DNA of 64,000 nt from an uncultured Planctomycetota bacterium (GTDB lineage: Bacteria; Planctomycetota; Planctomycetia; Isosphaerales; Isosphaeraceae): NCBI GenBank assembly GCA_963823665.1, contig CAWGMQ010000004.1, forward strand, positions 1,984,001 through 2,048,000, given 5' to 3'. This document shows, piece after piece, positions 9,457 to 20,385 of the stretch; position 1 is the first letter of the stretch, and every line of letters starts with the position of its first letter. Position numbers and translations under genes: made by a program. The notes below the pieces were generated by a model. It searched no databases. It saw only the letters and a program-made list of their open reading frames with translations, and was not told where the DNA came from.

Positions 9457-10512
9457 ATGCATTCTCGCGGGATCATGTTGTGGCTGTTGATTCTCCCGGC
9501 GCCCCTGACTGTGTTCGGATCCGAGCAGGAGAAGACCCCTCCCGCCAAGCCGCGCCAGCACCTGCTCACAATCGAAGGCGAGAATAACGTCACGTTCGTT
9601 CCGGCGGCGGGCCTCAATCCGGCAACCGTTGAGTATCGAGCCCGGATTGAATACCTCGTCAAGACGCGAAGCGGTCAAGAAATTGAGGCGGAAGCCAAGT
9701 CAACCAGCAAAAAGAAAACCCGAAGCAAGCCGGCGCGAACAGCGAAAAAGACCAAGAAAGCCGACGCGGATGACGAGCCCTCGCCAACCGTTGCCTCTAC
9801 CGTTGATATCGCGATCCATTCCGCCGAAATGGACTTCCTTCAAAACGGCCAGACGGTGGTTCAATCGCGGATCACCCGCGCCGGGTTTCAGGGACGGCTC
9901 ATGCCCGATGCGCCGGTGTTGAGCGTCGATTACAGAAACGCCCCCCCGCCGCTGCAGGACTTGCTCAAACGTTTCGACGTCACGGCCGCCTCCGTACTGC
10001 TGGATGATCGCGCCCGGGTCCTGCAGCGTCAGGTCCGCCTCCAGGGCCCGCTGCACGCGATCACCGAGACGCTCCTGTCAATTCACACGCCGATCCCCAC
10101 CGACGCCGCCTTCTGGGAAGCTCCCACCCAGCTCGCGATGGGCCACAACCAAACCGCCAAGGGTGTGCTACGCTTCGAAAAGGTCAAGTCAAGCAGCACG
10201 CTCCCCGGTGGCCTGGTTCAAGTGAAGGTCTCGGGCATGCTCAAGGCCGAAGGTGCAATCGTGGGCAATTTCATCAAGGACGGCCGCTACGTGGTCACCG
10301 GCGAGCAGCACTACGACCCCAAATCCCGCGAATGGCGCAATGCGCACTGGTCAGTCGACGTGACGAGCGACCTGGCCAACGCCGCTGGTGTAACGATCGC
10401 CCACGCGAAAGGGAAAATGATGGTCGACTCGAAAATGTCCGGGGATGCACCGCCAGCGGCCGTCCAGAAACACTCGGATCGCCCGAATGCCTCCGAAGCC
10501 GTGAACGAGTAG
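9457..10512 (+). CDS. Hypothetical secreted protein
   Basis: Long ORF with signal-peptide-like N-terminus and Lys-rich linker. Confidence 0.65.
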   Translation: MHSRGIMLWLLILPAPLTVFGSEQEKTPPAKPRQHLLTIEGENNVTFVPAAGLNPATVEYRARIEYLVKTRSGQEIEAEAKSTSKKKTRSKPARTAKKTKKADADDEPSPTVASTVDIAIHSAEMDFLQNGQTVVQSRITRAGFQGRLMPDAPVLSVDYRNAPPPLQDLLKRFDVTAASVLLDDRARVLQRQVRLQGPLHAITETLLSIHTPIPTDAAFWEAPTQLAMGHNQTAKGVLRFEKVKSSSTLPGGLVQVKVSGMLKAEGAIVGNFIKDGRYVVTGEQHYDPKSREWRNAHWSVDVTSDLANAAGVTIAHAKGKMMVDSKMSGDAPPAAVQKHSDRPNASEAVNE

Positions 10513-10718
10513 GATGGAAGTTGAGTCGCCCTAAAGCCAGTCCGCCGCTGACCCTTCACATAAAACGCGCGCCGAGCCCGTGTAAAGCACGTTGGGAAGC
10601 CTCCACATGCCCTTGCCGCACCCCTTTTCTGCGGGTAGCTTAAATAGATCGAAGTGTCGTAACGACGACTGCACCACCACCGTTTTCCAGCCCAATTCCG
10701 CCAATGCCCTGAGACCCA

Positions 10719-11453
10719 ATGAGGCCAACCCCGCAACTGCCGACGCTGGAAGTCTATATGCTGGGGCTGGTCGACTTTCTTGAGGTCCAGCAACTTCAGC
10801 GGCGCATCGTCTACGACCTGGGAGAGCAGGGGGGCGCCGCCCTCATTTTGTGCGAGCATCCTCCGACGATCAGCGTCGGCCGGGCTGGCAGCCGGGCCCA
10901 TATCGGGCCCGATGACGACACGCTCCGCTCGCTCGGCATCAAGGTCCACTGGGTTAACCGCGGCGGCGGTTGCGTATTCCACCTTCCCGGGCAGCTCACA
11001 GCCTATTTTGCCCTGCCCCTCGAACCGGTCGGGCTGTCTGTCGGTGAATACGTCGATCGCCTGCACATGACCATCGTGCTCGTTCTCGAGGAATTCAACC
11101 TCACCGGGACATTTCGCCCCGGTGTCCCCGGCGTGTTTTCAGGACACGCACGCATCGCCACCGTCGGCGTCGCCGTTAACCGCTGGATCGCCTACCACGG
11201 CCTGACCATCAACGTCGGCCCGTATCTCGAGCTTTTTGACGTGCTGGACGAGCCGCCGAACGGCCACGCACCCATCCGCCACACCTCCATGGAAGCCCGC
11301 CGCCAGCGGCACACCGCCATGGCCAAGGTTCGGGAGGCCCTGATACGCAGGCTCGAAGAGGTTTTCGGCCTCGAGCGTCACCACATTTACACCAAGCACC
11401 CGATGGTCCGCGGCAAGGTCTTTTCGCATGTCTATGCCCCCGCACCCGGGTAA
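10719..11453 (+). CDS. lipB: Lipoyl(octanoyl) transferase LipB-like protein with atypical active site
   Basis: EHPPTISVGR, NRGGG..H.PGQL and YHGLTINV motifs. Directly upstream of lipA. Confidence 0.8.
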   Translation: MRPTPQLPTLEVYMLGLVDFLEVQQLQRRIVYDLGEQGGAALILCEHPPTISVGRAGSRAHIGPDDDTLRSLGIKVHWVNRGGGCVFHLPGQLTAYFALPLEPVGLSVGEYVDRLHMTIVLVLEEFNLTGTFRPGVPGVFSGHARIATVGVAVNRWIAYHGLTINVGPYLELFDVLDEPPNGHAPIRHTSMEARRQRHTAMAKVREALIRRLEEVFGLERHHIYTKHPMVRGKVFSHVYAPAPG

Positions 11454-12412
11454 CGATCACCACCCGGTCTCGTTGCCGAGCCTTACCGTACTGGGCGACG
11501 ACGACTCCGTACGAGGCAAACCCGCCGGCCTGGCTGGCGCGCCGCCTGAGCCCGCCGCTCGCGCGCCGGCTGCCGGAATGGCTCAAGCGGCCGATTCCAG
11601 TCGCAGGCGGGATGTCGTTCACCCGCAGCCTGGTCGCCGAGCTGGGGCTCGAAACGGTCTGCGAAAGCGCGAAATGCCCGAATCGCTCCGAATGCTGGAC
11701 CAGGCGCACCGCCACCTTCATGATCCTGGGAAGCGTCTGCACCAGGCCCTGCGGCTTTTGTTCCGTTGATCGCGGCCATCCGGATGCCGTCGCTATCGAC
11801 GAGCCCGATCGCCTGGCCGAAGCCTGCCATCGCCTGGGCCTGCGCCATGTCGTCATCACATCGGTCACCCGCGATGATCTCCCCGACGGCGGCGCCGAGC
11901 ACTTCCGTCGCTGCGTCTTGGCCGTGCGCGAGCGTACTGGAGCCACGATCGAAGTACTCACCCCCGACTTCGACGGTCGGCCCGAATCGATCGATGTCGT
12001 GCTGGAAGCCCGTCCCGAGGTCTTCAATCACAACATGGAGACGTGTGCCAGGCTCCAGCAGCACGTGCGCCGCAAGAGCCAGTACGCCGTGAGCCTGGCT
12101 GTCCTTGAGCACGCCAAGAAGGCAGGTACACGGCACGGAGTGAAAACCAAGAGCGGCATCATGCTCGGTCTGGGTGAGACAATCGACGAACTCTTCGAGA
12201 CCCTCGCCGATCTGCGCTCGATCGGCTGCGATTTCCTCACGCTCGGCCAATATCTCCAGCCGTCGCCAAGACATCTTCCCGTTGTCCGCTACGTTCCGCC
12301 TGATGAGTTCGACGAGCTCGGAAGGCTTGCTCTGAAGCTCGGCTTCGCTGACGTCGCCAGCGGGCCGTTCGTCCGCTCGAGTTATCATGCGGATCGGATG
12401 GCTGCCGGTTAG
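11428..12412 (+). CDS. lipA: Lipoyl synthase (apparent frameshift near 11550)
   Basis: RLPEWLK, CESAKCPNRSEC (CX4CX5C), CTRPCGFC radical SAM motif, GQYLQPS and RSSY. Confidence 0.95.
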
Positions 12413-12414
12413 AG

Positions 12415-12587
12415 CGGTGAAACGCCTGAAGAAACGCCTCCTGCGCAGCGTCGGCCGCTACGTGGTCATCCCTCAAGACCCGCCGGGCGGTCGCCCAGAC
12501 TGCGCGCTCGTACCGCGAAACCAAGGCGGCAAACGCCTCCCGGTAACCACCGAGCACAGCCCCGACGATCTCCGCATCCGCGTGCAT
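12415..12587 (-). pseudogene. ECF sigma factor remnant (region 2 N-terminal part only)
   Basis: DAEIV..VLGG.REAFAALVSRYE...AADAAQEAFLQAF, then the frame runs into the antisense of lipA. Confidence 0.75.
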
Positions 12588-12896
12588 GCGCTTTCCTCTC
12601 CTCGCTGCCATATACAACTAAAGAGAGGCGCCGTCTCAGCAAAATGCGACCGGAATCTCAGGGCATGCAGGTTTTCACGAGCGGACAAGCCGTGTCCCTG
12701 TTTCCCCTTGCTTCCGGAAATGCATAATAAACCGAGAGCTTAGCATGCCTCGACGACCCTGGGGCAGGAGCCGGGTCTTGGAAAAGCCGGAAACCATTAA
12801 GACCGTGTCGAAAGACACATTCTTCAAGGTTGTCTTTCTGACGATCGCCGGCGTCGTTTCGGCCGACCTTTTAGTCTGGCGCTGGTCCTGAAGCTG

Positions 12897-13559
12897 ATGA
12901 TCCCGCCGCCGCACGGCCCTTTTTCACATTTTTTTAGTTACGCATCCACACTGTTGCTGGTCAATTCCTGCATTTCGGTGCTCGCTGTTGATCGCTTTTT
13001 CAAGAAGCTTGGCTCGTCTAGGAGCGGAGATTCGGTCGAGACTCGCGAGCGAGCTTTCGGAACGTCCGAGGCCTTCGCGGCTGACGGTGAGGTTGTCGAG
13101 TTCGTGCTCGAGCGTTCAACTTTCAAGTCGAGATTACGTACACTCGTACTGGCCTTCCCTTGCTCCCTTTTCTTGATTTACGGGTTTCCGAATGATCCAG
13201 CGTGGATGCTGGTTGGATACGTCGGCGCTGCGTTCGTCATCGTGCAATTCATCCGACGACTGTTCGCCTGGGATGGTTGTGTTGTACGGGTCGATGAGCG
13301 TGGCGTCTTCGGCTTTCCGTCGCGATTCGCACTGCGACGCGCGCTGGTACCATGGTCCGAGATCGCAACTTGCGATATCGTCACGCGCCATGACACATTT
13401 GGGGCTCCGTACCTCATCGTGCCGGTTTTCAGAGATGAGTTCGGCGGGAAGCTAATCAGCGTCGACCTCCAGGACGCTCCCATGGAGTACCAGGAGCGGC
13501 TCGTGAAAGACATCAAGGCGCGGTTGCCGAAGGCGAGGATCGAACTCGGCGAGGATTGA
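12897..13559 (+). CDS. Hypothetical membrane protein (may extend to 12745 via a frameshift)
   Basis: Hydrophobic segments followed by a PH-like VRVDERGV...VPWSEI pattern. Confidence 0.5.
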   Translation: MIPPPHGPFSHFFSYASTLLLVNSCISVLAVDRFFKKLGSSRSGDSVETRERAFGTSEAFAADGEVVEFVLERSTFKSRLRTLVLAFPCSLFLIYGFPNDPAWMLVGYVGAAFVIVQFIRRLFAWDGCVVRVDERGVFGFPSRFALRRALVPWSEIATCDIVTRHDTFGAPYLIVPVFRDEFGGKLISVDLQDAPMEYQERLVKDIKARLPKARIELGED

Positions 13560-13571
13560 CGAATCCAGGGC

Positions 13572-16500
13572 TCATGGCCGCGGCACCACGCCCGTGATTT
13601 GACCAACCTTCGCTTCTTCGAAGTTGGCGACGCGGGCGGGGTCGATCCCGTATGGGATCATCGATGCCGCTTCGGGCCCCTCGCCGCGATCGAGCTGGAT
13701 CGTCAGATTGGTGATGTCTTGATGCACCATTCCCTGAAGCCGATCCGGAAAGGTCGGGTCCAGGCACTTGTTGTGCGTGGAAAGCCGGTAGCCGGGAAGA
13801 TCGGACGCGATTCCGATTCCGATCTTCTGAGTCAAGTAGACATAGACAATGCCATCGGGCACTCCGTTGATCTCGAATCTCCCGTTCGCGTCCAGGTCGC
13901 ACGTCAGATCGCCCGCGAAATGCGGCAACACCATCAGCTTGGCTTTGGACGGTGGTGCTTTGCCGTCAGCCAGAATCACCTGGCCGGCCACCCTGCGGCC
14001 GGGCCGAACTTCGAATTCGCCGAGATCGACTGTGGTGCCGTCCGGCCCGGAGTGAAAGCTGCGCGGGAGAACCGTCTGATGGTTCGCGACGCTACCGGCC
14101 CCGCTGTAGATCGAGCACTCCAGCTCCGAGGAGACGAACGGCATCCGGAAACGGCCCTCCGCATCGGTCTTGGTCTCCCGGTTCTCAAGGGGTCGAACAA
14201 ACGTCGAATCGCGTTCTCGAACCACCACCGTCGCCGGATGCTGGACGATCATCCTAAGGCCTTCGACCGGCTTGCCTCCTTTGACAACCCGCCCGGTAAC
14301 CACGGCGCCCACACCCATCCGCAAGGGTTCGTTGATCGCGCCATCCGGCTCGACGAACGAGGGTATTTGGCCAACCATCGTCGCATGGTCCGTCCCTTGC
14401 CGGCGAAAGAGCTTCCAGAACGTCTTGCTCGCCAGACCAGCCGCTTCGACTTTGATGCCCAGATCGGCGTGAGCTTCATCGATCGTGAATGAAAACGCGC
14501 CGCCCGGCAGTGTCTTGATCTGCTTCTCACGGACCTGATTGAGGATCGGCGAAACCACGGCACCAGCGACGCCAGCGCCATCGGGGCCGACCACTCGTCC
14601 CCGGATCATCAGCCCTTCCTTCGGTACGGTCGGTTTCCAGAAGTAGTCCTCGAACGGCTTGATGTCGAGGTCGAGGTCATCGGGATCAGGCGGGTGGGAC
14701 AGCCCGAGTTGCTCTCGCAGAGCCCGATCAACCTCGGCGGCCGCAAAGGCGATCCGTTGCTTCTCCTCATCCGCTTCGCCAGCGAGAGCATCGCTCGAGC
14801 GCATGACAAGAGAACGGGGCTCGCCGGACCTCCGGAAGCTCTCAACTCTCTCTTCGCCTTCGATGAGCCCGAAGACGAGTCGCCCGTCCTTGTCAATAAC
14901 GAAACAGGCGGGATCGACAAGCTCGTACGCGGCGGCTGTCCGTCCTGACCGGAGATCGCCCGGCGCAGCCCATTTGGGCCTGCCCCTTCCTTGGCCGGCG
15001 GTCGGTCAAGCGTGACCTGGATCGGCAAATGACAATCGGCAAACCGCCGCTTGATCAGCGGCCCCCGCTTGTCGCGGAACTCGGCGAGCGAAGTGGCTGA
15101 GGCGTCATGGATGACCAGGATCAAGAGGGGCTGCTTTTCAAGAGCCTTCAGCAACGCAATCAACTGCGGCGGAATCTCTTTACCTTCGCCGTACGATCCG
15201 TCAACGAACGCGAGCAAGACCACTCGGCCGCGAAAGTCCGCGAGTTTCACGGGATGCGCATCGCGATCGACCGCGTCGATCTCAGCGGCCGGCCCGCCGA
15301 GCATCTTGAACCACGCCAACGATTCAATCCGGATCTCAGGCAGGTCAACCGCCCCATCGCCGGCGGGCACGGTCACATCCACGCTGCGCTCGATCGTGGA
15401 CGATCGGAACAGCACCCTGTAGCGTCCTTCTGGCAACCGCAGCTCGAGTTGCCGCGAGCTGTCCACGGCAGCCGAAAAACGCGCCGCACGCCCCCACCAC
15501 GCGCCCCAACCTCCGCTTACATCGCGGGCGGCGCCTTCGCCGGACTCCGATAATGCTGCATACACGTGCCACTCAAGCGGACGATACTCGTTGTCGTAGG
15601 GCGTCTGGAAGAACTTGGCGCGGACCAGCCTGGTTGGTTTCAGGCCAACCTCGAGCGGGCGATCGGCATCATGAACACGGACAACCGCGGCTTGCTCTTG
15701 TCGAAAGTCGGGCGAGGCAAAATGGAGGTAGACCGCAGGATTCTGGGGAAGTGAGAAGGTCGCCTCAACCGCGAACTGGCCCTCCGCATCGGTGCGCGTG
15801 GCGACGGCCGAGTAGCTGCTCAGCGGGATCATCCGCCTCCGTCCCTTGGCGAGCCGAACTTCGAGAAAGGTTTTCTCGGGCGACTTGGCGAGGATCTCCA
15901 GATCCTTGCGCGAGAGATAGGGGCGGAATCGTGATCGATTGGCTTGCCGGACGTCCGTAGGATCGAGTGTCTGCCATCGCCCGTCGTCGTCACGATACTC
16001 GAAATAGCTGGCGAGTCGGCCGGGCGCAACGACTTTGCCCTGAGCATCGCGATACGGCGTCTGCGTCACGCGGATGCGGTCTTCGTCCGTGACAAGCTTC
16101 CACACATCGAGCATCGGCTCGACCTCGCTCCCCACCCACGCCCTGCCAACCGGTCGACCCTGGTCGTCGCGAACGATCCCGCGCAGCATCCGCTTGACCG
16201 TCCGCGCTGGCTCAGGCGTCTTGGCCGGCGTCTGCTCCGCAATGAGATCCTGTTCGCCGCGCGTTTGCTGGGCGAAGACAGGGCCGTGGCCGACAGGTGG
16301 ACCCTCCCGAGCGACCCAGAGAGTCACAATTGCCGTCACGAACGCCGAGACCAGAGCGATTCCCAAGAGGATCTTTAGCTTCGCCAACGCCATCGTGCGC
16401 GAGACTTGTTCGGCCAGCGTTACTGTGGTCGCGCCGGCGGCTTCTGGAGTCGGGCTGGCCCAACCAAATCGCATTGCGAGCCTCACTGTTGCTTCATTCC

Positions 16501-17164
16501 AGGCCTCCGGTGCTATGGCAAGTTGATGAATCGCGAAGCCCAGACCCGGAAGGACTGCCGATAGATCGACATCCCTCCTCGCGAGGCGAGCTTTCAGTTT
16601 TTCGCGCCCTCTTGCCAGGCGGCTCTGCACGGTCCCGATCGGGCAACGGAGCTGAGCGGCGGCTTGTTCCTGGGTCAAGCCTTCGAGATAGCAGAGGACC
16701 AGCGGCGATCGAAACGACTCCGGCAGCCGCTCGAGCTCGTCGTGCAGCCATTGCCACCGCGCTCGTTCCGGCTCGATTGCCAGATCCGATTCGACCACAC
16801 GACCAGCCGCTGCCTCACCCCGACGGCGCTCATGGGCTCGCCTCCTGGCAGACGCAACCCGCGCCTTCGCCGCAACTCGCAATGCGACCCCGTACAGCCA
16901 GGACGCCACTGACTCGCGCCTGTGAATTGAATTAGCCCGCCGCGAGAAAACCAAGAATGTTGCCTGCGAGGCGTCCTGGGCATCGTGCTCGTCGGAGAGC
17001 ACCTGCCGGCAAACGCGCAACACCATCGCCCCGTGCCGGTCGACGAGTGCAGCAAACGCCGCTTCGTCTCGCCGCAACACAAAGCGTTCGACCAACTGGG
17101 AATCGCTCTGACCGCCGGCGATCCCCGCGTGAAACAAGGTTTCGATCTGCCTCGAGAGTCTCAT
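13572..17164 (-). CDS. ECF sigma-70 factor with TM helix and long C-terminal extension (beta-sandwich repeats plus TlpA-like fold); apparent frameshift near 14950
   Basis: SDSQLVERF...DEAAFAALVDRHG, DASQATFLV and GTVQSRLARGREKL motifs. Extension has GIVRDDQGRPV, TDAEGQF, KLADFRGRVVLL and GRVVGPDG. Joins ORFs 14609..17164 and 13572..14804. Confidence 0.85.
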
Positions 17165-17357
17165 TGCCGCCCACTGAGAAGGTTGATCTGTTCGGTCTGC
17201 GCCCGGATTTCACCGGATAGTGCCCCGTCGTCGCCGGATTATTCCCGGAAGTTTGAAGAATTCCCGATGATTCGAGTACCACCGCGCAAAACTAATCAGA
17301 GCCAAGAGTTCCGTCAAGCAACGAAGCTCTCGCCCCAATCTGGCATCCGACGGCCGG

Positions 17358-18473
17358 CTACACACCCAAGACCCGATCCCGCGCCGTGACTTCCCACTGC
17401 CCAGCGACCTCGCCCTCTTCGATCACGTAGGCGCGTCGATGCAATGCAACCGTGGGGCAAATGTGGGTGGGAATCGCCAGGAGTGGCGTTCCGAGCGGGA
17501 TGTTCTCCGCCTGGGCGGTTTCGATGACGAGGTGTTCTTCGCTGTGCACCACCGGCCGGGCGTCGTCCGGCTCGAGCAACCGCGCACGCGGCCCTGCCGG
17601 GTCGGCCGCGACTGCCTTGTGGCCCAGGTCCAGGCAAAGGCGGCCCTTTGCAGGGTGACTGACCACTCGCGTAAGAAGCAGCGCCGCAGGTGTGAAAGGG
17701 AGATCAGGATATTTTGAACCGTATCCGTGGTCCGCCAGGACGCTCGTGCCCGGAGAGAACTCCACGCCGGGAAACTGAAGGTCCTTGTGGACAGGAAACG
17801 ATGGAGTCCCGCCCACGACCATCCGGCGCACGGGCAGTCCCAGCTTCAACAGCCGCTCGCGGAAAGCGAGCGCACTCTCGAGGCCCGTTTGCGCAGTCTG
17901 CCGCCGCGCAGCGAGGTCGTTGTCATGGATGTGTCCGTCGTATGCGTGCAGGCCGTCGACGACAAGATTCGGCAAACTGTCGACGAGTGCATACAGTTCG
18001 GCGGCCGCATCACCTGGCGCGATACCCGTGCGCCCCATCCCGACTTCGAGATCGATCAAGACCGGTATAGGTCGTTCGACGCCGAGAGCCGCCGATGAGA
18101 GCGCCCTCGCCGCGTCGGGGTGATCGACTGTGGCCCGGAAGGTCGTGGCCCGGTACGCTCGCGCAAGCTGAATGAACCGTTTCACATTCGGTCCCACGAG
18201 CGGGTAGGCAAGAAGCACGTCGGCGCCGCCCGCGGTCGCGACCATCTCGGCCTCGGCAATGGTGGCGCATTTGTGACGATGAATGCCCAGCGACTCCGCC
18301 AACCGAACGATTTCCGCCATCTTGTGCGTTTTGACATGTGGCCGCAGGCGCTCCGCACCTTCGGCCATTGCGATCATCGTTTCGAGGTTTTCACGAACCA
18401 CCTTGGGATAGATCAAGAGCGAAGGGCTGAGCAGTTCGGAACAGTCGCGGACCACGTAACGCGGATCCATCAT
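17358..18473 (-). CDS. D-threonine aldolase/DSD1-family PLP-dependent enzyme
   Basis: LRPHVKTHK, GMGRTG, HAYDGH, GGTP, SEEH and HICPTV motifs. Confidence 0.88.
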   Translation of the reverse strand: MMDPRYVVRDCSELLSPSLLIYPKVVRENLETMIAMAEGAERLRPHVKTHKMAEIVRLAESLGIHRHKCATIAEAEMVATAGGADVLLAYPLVGPNVKRFIQLARAYRATTFRATVDHPDAARALSSAALGVERPIPVLIDLEVGMGRTGIAPGDAAAELYALVDSLPNLVVDGLHAYDGHIHDNDLAARRQTAQTGLESALAFRERLLKLGLPVRRMVVGGTPSFPVHKDLQFPGVEFSPGTSVLADHGYGSKYPDLPFTPAALLLTRVVSHPAKGRLCLDLGHKAVAADPAGPRARLLEPDDARPVVHSEEHLVIETAQAENIPLGTPLLAIPTHICPTVALHRRAYVIEEGEVAGQWEVTARDRVLGV

Positions 18474-18535
18474 GGGAGCATGGCCTCAGTTGGAGGGAAT
18501 CCGGATGCATCGTTCCAGGTTACGCCTCAACCGCC

Positions 18536-18564
18536 TGTAAGAAAACACCATGTTCGGGCGACTC
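18536..18564 (+). promoter_or_regulatory. Possible ECF-type (autoregulatory) promoter
   Basis: TGTAAG-N17-CGACTC upstream of the ECF gene at 18600. Pattern resemblance only. Confidence 0.35.
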
Positions 18565-18599
18565 ATTAGTATCGATCGCTTGAGGCAGCGGAGAAACTC

Positions 18600-19166
18600 A
18601 TGCCGGACTGGCCGGAGATTCTTGAACGCGAAGGGAGAGCGGTGTGGCAGACGGCTTACCGGATTCTCGGAAACCGGGCCGACGCCGACGAGTGTTTTCA
18701 GGAGGCCTTTCTCGCCGCCTGGGAGGTCTCCCGCCGCGAACCGGTTCAAAACTGGCGGGCCTTGCTGTTGCGCCTGGCCGCAGCCCGTGCGCTGGATCGC
18801 CTGCGCCAGCGGCGGAGGCGCGCGGCCCGCGAGCTGCCGGCCAACTTGGAAGCTGTCGCCGGTCATGAATTATCGCCTTCGCAGAGCGCTCTGGAGACCG
18901 AGCTCTCGGAACGGTTGCGAAACGCACTCGCTCGTCTCGCGCCCAAGCAGGCAGAGATCTTTTGCCTCCATTGCCTCGAGGGCTGGAGTTATCAAGAAAT
19001 CGCAGAACACCTGGCGATCTCGGTGAACTCGGTCGGTGTGCTTCTACACCGGGCCCGCACGCGTTTGCGGCGACTTCTGGATAGCCACGATGCCGCTCAA
19101 GGAGCCGGCGAATGCGACCGCAGTTCAGCCGCTCCGGCCCAGCTCGCGCGAAAGGAGCGTCCATGA
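18600..19166 (+). CDS. ECF sigma factor
   Basis: DADECFQEAFL region 2 and SYQEIAEHL...VGVLLHRARTRLR region 4. Confidence 0.92.
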   Translation: MPDWPEILEREGRAVWQTAYRILGNRADADECFQEAFLAAWEVSRREPVQNWRALLLRLAAARALDRLRQRRRRAARELPANLEAVAGHELSPSQSALETELSERLRNALARLAPKQAEIFCLHCLEGWSYQEIAEHLAISVNSVGVLLHRARTRLRRLLDSHDAAQGAGECDRSSAAPAQLARKERP

Positions 19167-20371
19167 GCACGATTCCCCCCTCTGATGATTCCTTGAGCGA
19201 AGCCGAAGCTTGCCTGCGCCGGATTCAAATACCACCCGGTCCCTCGGAAGAGACAGTGGGCCGGACCCTGGCCGCGCTCCAGGCGAAAAAACGTTCGAAA
19301 GGCAACCTCTTATCAAGGAGAAACCTGATGACAACGTCGATCAAGATTGCGGCTGCGGTTCTCGTCACTGCCGGCGGGCTGATTTATTTCGCGGTTGCGC
19401 CGCCCGTGAAGGCGACGACGGCATTCGCCGAGATGGCGCAGAAACTCAGCAAGGCTCATACGCTCTCCTACCGCACGTCCATGGAAGGTCCCGACATGAA
19501 GGAACCGTTCAAAGGACAGTGCTTCTTCAAAGAGCCGAACCTGACTCGAACAGAAATGGACAATGAATCGGTCGTGATCATGGACGGAGGCCAGGGAAAG
19601 CAGCTCATCCTCGACCCGGCGACGAAGTCCGCGCTGCTTCTGGAAGGCAAAGCCGATGCTCCTCGTGCCGCTGACGGAGGCGCAGGGCTCATCGAACACC
19701 TGAGGAAGCTGAGCGAAGGCGATGCCAAACCAGTCGGTGAGAAAAACATTGGTGACGTGCGTGCCCGGGGCTATCTCGTCAACAAGCTCGGGACGGAGAT
19801 GACCATCTGGGTCGACCCGGCGACGCGCATGCCTTTGCGAATGGAGTCTGTCAGCCGATTTCAGGGCAAAGAATTTCGGTCAGTGGCCAGCGACTTTCAA
19901 ATCGATGTCGCACTCGACGATGCCCTGTTCAAGGTCGCGCCACCTGCTGGCTACGCGCTCCGCAAGGAGGAATCAAAGATCATTGGGATGGATGAAAAAA
20001 CGTTCCTGAATCCCGAACAGGCGGTTGCCGACCTGCTGCGAATCTTCGCGGAGAAGACCGGCGGCACATTTCCAAAGCGCCTGGATGATCCAGAGGAATT
20101 CCGGAAGATGATGCCGCAACAGGCACAGAAGACTGCCATCCCGGATTCGGAGACGTTCCGGACGATTCAAGCTCTCACTCGGTTCATGATGGCGACGCAA
20201 GCCCTCAGGGAAAAATTCGGCTACACGCCCGATGGGGTGAAGCTCGGTGACGCCGACAAGATCCTCTTCTGGTACCGCCCTGATGGCGGCACAAGCTATC
20301 GAGCGATCTTCGGAGACCTGCACGCAGCCGACGTGAGAGCGGACAAGCTTCCCGCGAATCCGAAGCCGTGA
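19163..20371 (+). CDS. Putative anti-sigma factor with TM helix and LolA-like periplasmic domain
   Basis: ATGA overlap with the ECF stop, one TM helix, and IWVDPATRMPLR...LDDALF..PPAGY LolA-like pattern. Confidence 0.7.
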   Translation: MSTIPPSDDSLSEAEACLRRIQIPPGPSEETVGRTLAALQAKKRSKGNLLSRRNLMTTSIKIAAAVLVTAGGLIYFAVAPPVKATTAFAEMAQKLSKAHTLSYRTSMEGPDMKEPFKGQCFFKEPNLTRTEMDNESVVIMDGGQGKQLILDPATKSALLLEGKADAPRAADGGAGLIEHLRKLSEGDAKPVGEKNIGDVRARGYLVNKLGTEMTIWVDPATRMPLRMESVSRFQGKEFRSVASDFQIDVALDDALFKVAPPAGYALRKEESKIIGMDEKTFLNPEQAVADLLRIFAEKTGGTFPKRLDDPEEFRKMMPQQAQKTAIPDSETFRTIQALTRFMMATQALREKFGYTPDGVKLGDADKILFWYRPDGGTSYRAIFGDLHAADVRADKLPANPKP

Positions 20372-20385
20372 TCGTGTCTGCTCCG

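Noticed and set aside
13599..14492. Long antisense or alternate-frame ORFs (also 53400-54503, 41198-42151, 43218-44177, 62929-63801 and others)
   Set aside because: Shadow ORFs of real genes in high-GC DNA, with no recognisable motifs.
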